A stretch of 64,000 nt of DNA from Coriobacteriales bacterium. GTDB taxonomy: Bacteria; Actinomycetota; Coriobacteriia; Coriobacteriales; UBA8131. Positions 37,761 to 45,872 of this stretch are shown in pieces (within the stretch, counting starts at the first letter, position 1; each line of letters starts with the position of its first letter). The DNA lies in contig JAITOC010000009.1 in NCBI GenBank assembly GCA_031290175.1, forward strand, positions 10,285 to 74,284, read 5' to 3'. The position numbers and the translations under genes are program-made. A model generated the notes under the pieces. It was not told the origin of the DNA, did no database searches, and saw only the letters and a list, made by a program, of their open reading frames with translations.

Positions 37761-38993
37761 CTATCGAATCGAATTACGATAGCGATTCGGGGAGGTTTTG
37801 GCATAGCGCATAAACACTTTGGTGAAGTAGCTTTGATCCGAGTATCCGGTGAGGGTGCTCACGTCTGCCAGGCTAATCGATGAGTCGTGGAGGAAGTCCT
37901 TGCTCCTCTCGATACGGAAGCGATTGAGGTAGTCACGAAACGAATACCCAGTCTCCTCTTTGAAGAGCCGACTGAGATACTGCGGTGCGATATAGATGTG
38001 CGCCGCCGCGTCTTCGATGGTCATTCTCTTCGAATAATTCACCTGAATGTAATTAATGGCCTCACGAACAAGGTCGGAGCGTTTCGAATAGGGATTCTTG
38101 ATGACATATCCCGAATAGAGACTGAGGAACCCATTGAGCCACAGGATTATGTCTTGAAGGTTATCGAGGGCATCTACCTGTGGCAAAAGCTCTTTCTTCT
38201 GATCTTTGATGTATTCTTCCTGAGCACCATCGCGGATCATAGCGGCAGTCAGGTAGGTCATAATCTCTACGATCTGTTTGCGGATTGCGTCAAGATTCTT
38301 TCCGGGATGGAACAACATCATATCGACAATATCTCTCAACAGTATCTGAGCCGCGTTCGTATTGATGGAGGCAAGCAGCTGAGTCAGCTTCTGCACCTCA
38401 TCCAACATCCTTCGCCCATTGTCCTGTTCGGTCTCATTGAAGAACGAGTTAACATAATCGGAAAGCTGTTTGTTGGGCGAGAAGCTCTCATCGATACTCT
38501 CGAAATATTCGGGGCGCGTACCGTCACTGACATACTCGGCATTGATATGCAGTTGCTCAGAAAGCGCAAGGAGACTGGTGGCGTCGCGCACAGGAATGGT
38601 AGACAATTCCTCGAGCAGGCCGTGATAATCGCCTGTCGGTATCTTTGGCAGGAGTTCATACTCAAAATAATCCTCGATCGAACTCATCAGGATAGGCCCG
38701 CCAAAAACAGACAGGTACTTCTTGGCTTCTCGATATACCGGGGAGACGAAAAAGAAAAAACCCCTCGGGTCGGCGAAGATATAGCGTCCTCTGAACCTCA
38801 GGGTCTCATAACTTGCCTTGATAATGGATGCCTGACAGCGCTCTCTCACGTCAAGGAGTTCGGAAACCGAATCAAGAACTCCGGCAATCTGTGTATAGTG
38901 CTCTGTTTGGTACACAAGCTTGCCATTATCATCAAGTATGAACACGCCAATCTTGGACACGAAAGAAAAATCATTCATCGTCTCAAATTGCAT
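37761..38993 (-). CDS. AraC family transcriptional regulator with an uncharacterised N-terminal sensor domain
   Basis: C-terminal AraC HTH (LADVSTLTGYSDQSYFTKVFMRYAKTSPNRYR). The gene is visibly AT-richer than its neighbours. I chose ATG 38993; the track start GTG is at 39005. Confidence 0.85.
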   Translation of the reverse strand: MQFETMNDFSFVSKIGVFILDDNGKLVYQTEHYTQIAGVLDSVSELLDVRERCQASIIKASYETLRFRGRYIFADPRGFFFFVSPVYREAKKYLSVFGGPILMSSIEDYFEYELLPKIPTGDYHGLLEELSTIPVRDATSLLALSEQLHINAEYVSDGTRPEYFESIDESFSPNKQLSDYVNSFFNETEQDNGRRMLDEVQKLTQLLASINTNAAQILLRDIVDMMLFHPGKNLDAIRKQIVEIMTYLTAAMIRDGAQEEYIKDQKKELLPQVDALDNLQDIILWLNGFLSLYSGYVIKNPYSKRSDLVREAINYIQVNYSKRMTIEDAAAHIYIAPQYLSRLFKEETGYSFRDYLNRFRIERSKDFLHDSSISLADVSTLTGYSDQSYFTKVFMRYAKTSPNRYRNSIR

Positions 38994-39097
38994 GGACAAC
39001 CCCACTATAACGATATAAAGAAAACATAGTTACACCCTCAACTCTGTGAATAAGGTTATTGTACCATGGCTTCGAAAGTGCGCTACAGCTCGTTGTG

Positions 39098-39658
39098 TTA
39101 TCCGTGGATCAATGAAAGAACCTCATGCCGCGAACGAATGGAGGTCTCGAAGGCGCCCCGCACTGCCGAGGTCGTCGTCGTGGTTCCCGGTTTCTTGACT
39201 CCCCGCATCGACATACAGAGATGCTCCGCCTCGATGACGACGATGACAGCATCCGCCTCAAGCTGCTCCATCAGGGTGTCCGCTATCTGGGATACCATGC
39301 GCTCCTGCACCTGGAGCCTTCGGGCATAGGCCTCCAAAAGCCGAGCCAGCTTGGATAGCCCACAGACATGACCCCGTCTGCCGGGGATGTAGCCGATATG
39401 CGCGACGCCAAAGAAGGGCACCAAGTGGTGTTCACACAGCGAATAAAAAGGCATATCTTTGACGAGGACGATCTCGTGATGATGCTCATCGAATACCTTC
39501 TGCAGTATCGATGCGGGATCCTGTTCGTTACCCGCGAGCACCTCCTTGTACATCCGCGCCACCCGTGCCGGTGTCTCACGCAGCCCTTCGCGCAAGACAT
39601 CCTCCCCTACTCCTTCAAGGATGAGACGGACGCCTTGCTCTATCTTGGTCAGATCCAT
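39098..39658 (-). CDS. folE: GTP cyclohydrolase I (type IA, Zn-dependent)
   Basis: Closely resembles Bacillus FolE as I recall it. Contains [18 protein letters not shown] and [15 protein letters not shown] chose ATG 39658; TTG 39670 is also possible. Confidence 0.93.
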   Translation of the reverse strand: MDLTKIEQGVRLILEGVGEDVLREGLRETPARVARMYKEVLAGNEQDPASILQKVFDEHHHEIVLVKDMPFYSLCEHHLVPFFGVAHIGYIPGRRGHVCGLSKLARLLEAYARRLQVQERMVSQIADTLMEQLEADAVIVVIEAEHLCMSMRGVKKPGTTTTTSAVRGAFETSIRSRHEVLSLIHG

Positions 39659-39670
39659 AGGAAACCTCAA

Positions 39671-40297
39671 CTATCTCGTTATCGATGGGACAGGAGAAGC
39701 CAGCAGCATCTTCCATACCGCTGGTTCGATGGTGCACGTGGCAGCCATCTCGATGATCGCAACCCCGGGCTGTAACTCCCCGAGCGTTCGGACGATCTGT
39801 TGTTTCGTGCCTTCGTCGACGAGGTCGATCTTATTCAACAGGATTGTGGTTGCCCCTTCAAGCTGTCGTCGTATCATCCTATCATTAAAAGCAATCAGCT
39901 TGATGAAACGACTGGCATCAACGACCACAAGAGAACTGACGGAAGCATCAAGACCTCTGCATGAGCGTATTTCGGCTTCGATCTCGGACGGTATGGCAAG
40001 ACCGGTCGCTTCGATGATGAGCCATTCGGGGTCGTACAACTCCCGAATCTCTTGTATCGTCAAACTGAGATCGTCTGCCAGGTTGCAGCAGATGCAACCT
40101 GCAATCAGCTCCCGCACCTCCAAACCCCCTGCCCGCAAGGTGGCTCCATCAATGCTCACAGAACCGATCTCGTTCTCGATGATGACGACCGCGGTGCCCG
40201 TATCACGACGCGATACATCCTTGAGATACATGGCAAACGGAAGCAGCAGGCTTGTCTTCCCCGAGCCGAGGAATCCGCTCAAGAGCACTATCCTCAT
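39671..40297 (-). CDS. short COG0523 (CobW/HypB/UreG-superfamily) GTPase metallochaperone lacking the CobW C-terminal domain
   Basis: About 208 aa from ATG 40297, preceded by GGAAGGAGGGA. Has Walker A GFLGSGKTS and the CxCC motif GCICCNL. It ends directly before folE. Confidence 0.8.
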   Translation of the reverse strand: MRIVLLSGFLGSGKTSLLLPFAMYLKDVSRRDTGTAVVIIENEIGSVSIDGATLRAGGLEVRELIAGCICCNLADDLSLTIQEIRELYDPEWLIIEATGLAIPSEIEAEIRSCRGLDASVSSLVVVDASRFIKLIAFNDRMIRRQLEGATTILLNKIDLVDEGTKQQIVRTLGELQPGVAIIEMAATCTIEPAVWKMLLASPVPSITR

Positions 40298-40559
40298 CAC
40301 AGTCCCTCCTTCCCTAGTGCGCGGCGTCCCGCAGAAACAAGACCTATCCGTCATCTGTTAGCATGATACTTCCCTCGAAGCCCTGAACTTTGGTGAAGAC
40401 CTACACAGTTCTTGTACTTTTCCTACCTATGCCGTCAAATCGATTCCTGAACCCATGATCCATTGTCTATACTTAGCAGCAAATCCCTTTGATGCTAGAC
40501 AGGGTGCATATACTCCGTACCGCATATGACATCTTCGAAGACAACAACAGGAGGTAGCG

Positions 40560-42074
40560 ATGACCGCCCGGCGACCAATAGTAACATTCACTGATGAACA
40601 GAAGCGTGTTGAGGCAGATGTGGGTGACAACCTGCTCGACCTCATCCTCGAGCAAGGCATCGCCATCAAAGCTGATTGCGGCGGCGTGGGCACCTGTGGC
40701 AAGTGCCGCGTGCTCGTCGATGGCGAGGTACAACATGCCTGCCTCACCCGGGTTGTCCGCGACACCGAGGTGCTCGTGGTCGATGTGGATGCTGCCGATG
40801 GCTATGCGATCCTGACGGAGTTCAGAGAGGATGGTACGGGGAAGGTCGATCTGTCCGGTGCCACAAGCCCGGCAGGATCGGATCTCGCAGTCGCCATCGA
40901 TATCGGCACGACGACGATAGTCGGCAAGCTCCTTGACCGTTCAAGCGGGATCGAATTGGCATCCTTTGCCCAGCTGAACTCCGAGCTACCCTACGGTGCC
41001 GATGTCATCTCGCGTATCAAGGTCTGTCTCGAGGATGCATCCACGCTCTCCTCCCTTATCACCGAGCAGATCGACACCGCAATCTCAGAAATGCTTGCAA
41101 GCAGTCAGGTCGACCGCAGCTCGATCTCACGCGTGGTTCTGGCAGGCAACACGACGATGGTCTATATCCTGCTGAACCTGCCCTGTCAATCGCTTGGCTT
41201 CTCTCCCTTCATCCCCGAGATTCCCGTTGACCTGACTTATCCCTATACTCGGATATTCCATACCGACACGCTCACCTGCGATTGCACCATCATCCCTTTC
41301 ATCTCCGGCTACGTAGGAGGAGATATCACAGCTGGTCTGCTTTCCTTGGCCTCAGAGGACGATTTTATCCTTATGGACATGGGCACCAACGGAGAGCTCG
41401 TGTTTAAGCGGGGAGATCACCTCATCTGCACCGCGACTGCAGCAGGGCCTGCATTCGAGGGCGGCAATATCGAATGCGGATCAGGAAGTGTCCGGGGTGC
41501 CATCTCAAAGGCTTGGTTCGAGGATGGGAAGATTACCTTCAAGACGATTGGTGGGGAGCGACCAGTGGGCATCTGCGGCTCCGGCATCCTCGACCTGGGC
41601 GCTCTGCTCGTCAGGGAGCGGTTCATAGATGAGACCGGCTATCTCGACGATGACCTCGGCAGCGACCGCATCGTCCTGACAGACAAGCCCGACAGCAACC
41701 CTGAGGTCTATTTTTCACAGAAGGATGTACGCCAGTTCCAGCTCGCAAAGAGCGCGACCCGCACAGGTCTTGAGATTATCATCGATGAGATGGGCGGTGC
41801 CCTGCCCTCGAAGGTCTTCCTCGCCGGAGGCTTCGGACAGAACCTCGATCCGGCCAGCGCCATTGCGACAGGCATGCTCCCCGAGAGCTTTGCGGGGCGC
41901 GTATCCCCTATCGGCAACAGCTCCCTCAACGGTGCTATAAAGGCGTGCTTAAATGACGCACTGGTCAGCACCGCCGCAGGTTCCATCGAGCACGCAGTCG
42001 AGATAAACCTCGGATCACATCCGAAGTTCAACGACCTGTTTATGGATCAGATGGCATTCCCAACGGAGTCATGA
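40560..42074 (+). CDS. second, shorter RACo-type corrinoid reductive activator ([2Fe-2S] plus ASKHA)
   Basis: 504 aa. Contains CGGVGTCGKCRV, and ASKHA motifs AVAIDIGTTTIV and DMGTNGELV. RBS AGGAGG upstream. Confidence 0.85.
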   Translation: MTARRPIVTFTDEQKRVEADVGDNLLDLILEQGIAIKADCGGVGTCGKCRVLVDGEVQHACLTRVVRDTEVLVVDVDAADGYAILTEFREDGTGKVDLSGATSPAGSDLAVAIDIGTTTIVGKLLDRSSGIELASFAQLNSELPYGADVISRIKVCLEDASTLSSLITEQIDTAISEMLASSQVDRSSISRVVLAGNTTMVYILLNLPCQSLGFSPFIPEIPVDLTYPYTRIFHTDTLTCDCTIIPFISGYVGGDITAGLLSLASEDDFILMDMGTNGELVFKRGDHLICTATAAGPAFEGGNIECGSGSVRGAISKAWFEDGKITFKTIGGERPVGICGSGILDLGALLVRERFIDETGYLDDDLGSDRIVLTDKPDSNPEVYFSQKDVRQFQLAKSATRTGLEIIIDEMGGALPSKVFLAGGFGQNLDPASAIATGMLPESFAGRVSPIGNSSLNGAIKACLNDALVSTAAGSIEHAVEINLGSHPKFNDLFMDQMAFPTES

Positions 42075-42133
42075 GGTGAGCTCAGACTCGTCACTCCAGT
42101 ACGATACACTTAAGCCCCGAAGAAAGGAAAGCC

Positions 42134-42697
42134 GTGCTAGCAGAGGAAACCAAGGTTGAGACCGCACTGGAAACGCTGAAAGTGTTTCTGTGGCATGAGA
42201 TGACCTCGTTCGACCCGCGCATCCTCAGCTTCACCCAGGAGATACGCTCCATATGTGAGAGCAATGGCTGCGGGCGCTACAACAAGGTCTGGAACTGCCC
42301 ACCCGCTGTAGGCTCACTTAAGGAGCTGGAAAAGAGCCTTCGTGTCTACCGGGAAGCCATTCTCTTCACTGAGTTGTCATGGCTCGAGAGTCCCTTTGAC
42401 TGGGATGCCATGGTCTTGGGTGGCAAGAGTTTTGACAAGCGGCTTGCACTTGCCAATAACCATCTGAAGCAGGCATTCGACGGAACCGACACCGCGTTTA
42501 AGCTCTTTGGCTCAGGGATGTGCCAATCATGTGACTCATGCACCTATCCCGATGCGCCCTGCAGGTATCCCGACCTGCTGTTCACACCAATTGAAGCCTG
42601 TGGGATCAATGTGGTTGAACTCTCCCAAAAAGTGGGCATCGCATACAACAATGGCGAGAACACCGTAACTTGGTTTGGCATGATTCTCATCGCATAG
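42134..42697 (+). CDS. DUF2284 predicted metal-binding protein
   Basis: 187 aa with the Cys patterns CESNGCGRYNKVWNCPP and CQSCDSCTYPDAPCRYP, which I recall as typical of DUF2284. GTG start. Confidence 0.72.
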   Translation: MLAEETKVETALETLKVFLWHEMTSFDPRILSFTQEIRSICESNGCGRYNKVWNCPPAVGSLKELEKSLRVYREAILFTELSWLESPFDWDAMVLGGKSFDKRLALANNHLKQAFDGTDTAFKLFGSGMCQSCDSCTYPDAPCRYPDLLFTPIEACGINVVELSQKVGIAYNNGENTVTWFGMILIA

Positions 42698-42736
42698 CGC
42701 GATAGGATTCTCTGAAGTTTTAGAGACCTTACAGAT

Positions 42737-42771
42737 AAAGGCTCCGCGAAGTGATACTTCACGGAGCCTTT
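42737..42771. terminator. bidirectional intrinsic terminator between convergent DUF2284 and mtaB
   Basis: AAAGGCTCCGCGAAGT-GAT-ACTTCACGGAGCCTTT forms a 16-bp stem with one mismatch, with an A-run before and a T-run after. Confidence 0.7.
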
Positions 42772-42799
42772 ACGCCACATCCCCCGATGTGAGATAGGA

Positions 42800-44176
42800 T
42801 TAGAGGTCGAACTTCTTGGGCTGGAACAAATCGCCGCAGGAGTCCGCCATCTTCGCGAGGAAGGCATCGTCGGTGTCGGGCATACCGGAGAGGGTATCCA
42901 GAAGCAGGTCGATGTAACCGACCTCACGGTCGATAAGGAGCAGCTCGTTGTTATCGTATCCCTTCTGTATCGCCTGAAGAGCCAATTCGGCACCCTTCTT
43001 CATCCTCAGGTAATGCGTATCCTGCTTGACAAGCTCCTGCGAGATTGCCAGGGCGACATCGGGACGCAGGATGTATGCCATCGGGTCAAGCCTGCTGTCA
43101 CTGTCAGCATTGAGATCCCTGATGGCACGCGCGAGCTTGATGTCCTTCCTCAGCGCACCGTTCATGATGCGACAGTCATAGGCCAACTGCTCGAAGGAGA
43201 CAACCTCAGAGAAGCCACCCATCAACTTGATGTGCTGGATGGACTCGTTGCTCCACAGGTCGCACACACAGGAAGCGATGTTGCCAAGAGGCGACAGGTG
43301 CGCAACGGCAGCTACGCGTCCTTCATTCGTGATAGGTGTCCCCGATATGGCCTTAAGATAGATATTCTCATAGCCACAGTCCTTGCTGGGACCCTTTGCG
43401 CCTTCTTCTACGGCGACGAGGGTACGAACGGATGCGACCACGCGATCAGCAGCTGCGAACACGCGTGGAATCATGTTCTTATCGGCAAGCACCAAGGATG
43501 TATTTGCGAATCCGCAGGCAGTGTCGCCCGCGGGGATCGAACCGCTATCGTTGGCAATCTTGACGATCTCGGACCAGAGCCTGCTCATGTCCTTGGAACC
43601 GAGCCAAAGACCAAATATGGTCTTCTCGATGTCACAGTACATACACCCTTCGTCATGGATGTCCTTGCCACCGACCGATTCGATCGACAGAAGGTCGGCG
43701 CCAGCTTCGGCGCTCCTCTTGAAGGTATCAAGCACCAAATCCCACTCTTTGCCCGACCACATGTGCTTGACATTGGGGCCTTCGCGGAGGTCGATGACCG
43801 TGGTGCGCACGGCGGTCTTAGTGCCGTGATTCGTATCGTTGTCACGCAGTACGTCCTTGACGACCTTTGTTATCTCGGCACCCCATTTTGGTACCCAGGT
43901 CATCTCAGGAAGGATCTCGATCTCGGCAACAAAGCCGGGGTGGTACAGTTCATTGCAGCGCTCGGAAATCCCCGTGGCGATCTCATGATAGATACGGACA
44001 ACCTCAGGCCAGGATTCCTCAGAAATGGTCATGGTGGGGAGAGAGAAGTTGACCTCGGGGTACACGATGCCGCCACCAATCTCAAGCCCACTCTTGGTGG
44101 TAACCGGGTACTTCGCACTTCCGAAGATGAAGTCATCCAGATTCTTATAGGCAGTATCTTTGAACAGCTTTCCCAT
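42800..44176 (-). CDS. mtaB: methanol:corrinoid methyltransferase (MT1), MtaB family
   Basis: 458 aa. Aligns end to end with Methanosarcina MtaB as I recall it: ADLLSIESVGGK, GDTACGFANT, SKDCGYENIYLKAI and CDLWSNES are conserved. Confidence 0.88.
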   Translation of the reverse strand: MGKLFKDTAYKNLDDFIFGSAKYPVTTKSGLEIGGGIVYPEVNFSLPTMTISEESWPEVVRIYHEIATGISERCNELYHPGFVAEIEILPEMTWVPKWGAEITKVVKDVLRDNDTNHGTKTAVRTTVIDLREGPNVKHMWSGKEWDLVLDTFKRSAEAGADLLSIESVGGKDIHDEGCMYCDIEKTIFGLWLGSKDMSRLWSEIVKIANDSGSIPAGDTACGFANTSLVLADKNMIPRVFAAADRVVASVRTLVAVEEGAKGPSKDCGYENIYLKAISGTPITNEGRVAAVAHLSPLGNIASCVCDLWSNESIQHIKLMGGFSEVVSFEQLAYDCRIMNGALRKDIKLARAIRDLNADSDSRLDPMAYILRPDVALAISQELVKQDTHYLRMKKGAELALQAIQKGYDNNELLLIDREVGYIDLLLDTLSGMPDTDDAFLAKMADSCGDLFQPKKFDL

Positions 44177-44223
44177 TACAAAAACCTCCTTCGTGATAGC
44201 TTAGAATAGTGTCTCGCAGTAGA

Positions 44224-44856
44224 CTACGAAACAAGTTCCTTGGCAACGTCTACGGCGGAAGACGAATCGGTCGAATACGCATCCGCGCCTATCTTCCTTG
44301 AGAAATCGAGCGATATCGGTGTTCCACCGATCATGACCTTGACCTTGTCGCGCAGACCTGCTGCCTTGAGTGCCTCGATGACGACGCCCTGCTGCTCCAT
44401 GGTGGTCGTGAGCATAGCAGACATGGCGATGATGTCAGCATTGCGCTCCTTGGCGGTCTCGACGAACTTCTCAGGTGCAACATCGATGCCCAGATCGATG
44501 ACCACGAAGCCTGCACCTTCCAGCATCATCTTGACGAGGTTCTTGCCGATGTCGTGCAAGTCACCCTTAACTGTACCGATAACGACGGTACCGATCTCCT
44601 TGACACCATCTGCCACGAGAAGCGGCTTGATGAGCGCCGTGCCCGCTGCAAGAGCCTTGGCAGCCATGAGCACCTCGGGTACGAAGATCTCATTGTTCTT
44701 GAACTTCCCGCCAATGATATCCATTCCTGCCAACAGACCGTCATTCAGGATCTTCTCGGCCTTCACGCCGTCGTCAATGGCCTGTTGCGCGAGCTGCTCA
44801 ACATCCTTGACCTTGCCCCTCTGTACCGCAGTTGAAAGATCGTCGAAAATAGACAT
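44224..44856 (-). CDS. mtaC: methanol-type corrinoid protein
   Basis: 210 aa with the B12-binding DxHxxG motif (GDLHDIGK). It lies directly upstream of mtaB, with RBS GAAGGAGGAA. Confidence 0.88.
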   Translation of the reverse strand: MSIFDDLSTAVQRGKVKDVEQLAQQAIDDGVKAEKILNDGLLAGMDIIGGKFKNNEIFVPEVLMAAKALAAGTALIKPLLVADGVKEIGTVVIGTVKGDLHDIGKNLVKMMLEGAGFVVIDLGIDVAPEKFVETAKERNADIIAMSAMLTTTMEQQGVVIEALKAAGLRDKVKVMIGGTPISLDFSRKIGADAYSTDSSSAVDVAKELVS

Positions 44857-44916
44857 ACCGTTCCTCCTTCTCGTAAACCAAACCTACTGCAACCATTGCC
44901 TTAAGCATCGATGTAC

Positions 44917-44937
44917 GACAGAGCCGACGGTTCTGTC
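44917..44937. promoter_or_regulatory. 21-bp near-perfect palindrome upstream of mtaC (candidate operator)
   Basis: GACAGAGCCG-A-CGGTTCTGTC, with 9 of 10 arm positions symmetric. It lies 61-81 nt upstream of the mtaC start, in the divergent region shared with the DUF3786 gene. Confidence 0.35.
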
Positions 44938-45067
44938 ACGTGAATCTTGCCTACGACATCTCTGCTCCTTACGTGCAGTCTAAACAGACTGAGTTTTAAA
45001 GTATTGTGACAAACGAACCTGATTTTGCACTTTTCCGCCCTTTGCGCAAGGTTCAGTAACGGGGTCT

Positions 45068-45745
45068 TTGCAAATCAACTACAATCTTCCTGTGAAAACT
45101 CTTATGAAAAATGGTTACGAACAAACCTATGAACTTCTGGTGCCCCGTCTGGCAACCCATGATTTTGCCTTGGCGGCGCTCCATCTTGGTCTTGCCCCAC
45201 CTGTAGAAGACAGCCTTGAGGTAACCTTCCTCCGTCGTCGCTATCGGGTCGATCACCAGGGCGTCTTTGAGGCCGACGGGGAGCCCCCCTCGCATATCAA
45301 TTGCAGGAGTGTCCTTATCTACTATGTTACCTGGGGCGGCAAGGGAGAGCCGTATCAGCGTTATCAGCAGCTCCACCAGTTCTCAGGGGGCATCTTCACT
45401 GGGGGCGGCTCCAAGGAACGGGGTGCCGACTGGATGTTGTCTCCGCTGACGGAGCAGTTCAATGGAAAGCCTGAGCTCTTTGAGGCTACGATGGAGGTCA
45501 TGGGTGCCAAAAGGTGTCCTGCGAGTGCGAGTGGGGTCACGACTTGGCATTACCTGGTTCTCCCCAAGATGCCCATTGAGATACGCTATTACGAAAAAGA
45601 TGATGAGTTTGACTGCGAGGTGCACATCCTGTTCGATCAGACCGCGACGCAGTTCACTCCCTTTGAGACGCTCTGCGTACTTCACGGGTGCCTGGTTAGC
45701 GAGATCGTCCAAGTGGGGCGAGAGACACAGAAAAGCGAGTGCTGA
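45068..45745 (+). CDS. DUF3786 domain-containing protein (second copy)
   Basis: 225 aa from TTG 45068 (alternative ATG 45104). It is a paralog of 35069-35725 and is divergent from mtaCB. Confidence 0.6.
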   Translation: MQINYNLPVKTLMKNGYEQTYELLVPRLATHDFALAALHLGLAPPVEDSLEVTFLRRRYRVDHQGVFEADGEPPSHINCRSVLIYYVTWGGKGEPYQRYQQLHQFSGGIFTGGGSKERGADWMLSPLTEQFNGKPELFEATMEVMGAKRCPASASGVTTWHYLVLPKMPIEIRYYEKDDEFDCEVHILFDQTATQFTPFETLCVLHGCLVSEIVQVGRETQKSEC

Positions 45746-45788
45746 GAACGTGACACTCTGAGTCGTCGCACTGCGGCAGAGATAGGCA

Positions 45789-45829
45789 AGGGCACTGTCA
45801 AGGCTCGCCTGAACCCTTTACAGTGCCCT
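45789..45829. terminator. hairpin between convergent genes (possible bidirectional terminator)
   Basis: AGGGCACTGT / ACAGTGCCCT form a 10-bp stem with a 21-nt loop. There is no strong U-tract. Confidence 0.4.
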
Positions 45830-45872
45830 GCTGTCATGAGAAAGCAACACTCTCATGAGGTACCATAGAGCC

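Noticed and set aside
42800-44176. In-frame UAG/UGA recoding (pyrrolysine or selenocysteine) in the methyltransferase, CODH and hydrogenase genes.
   Set aside because: All of these ORFs are uninterrupted and full-length relative to homologs. There are no split-gene pairs and no in-frame stops.
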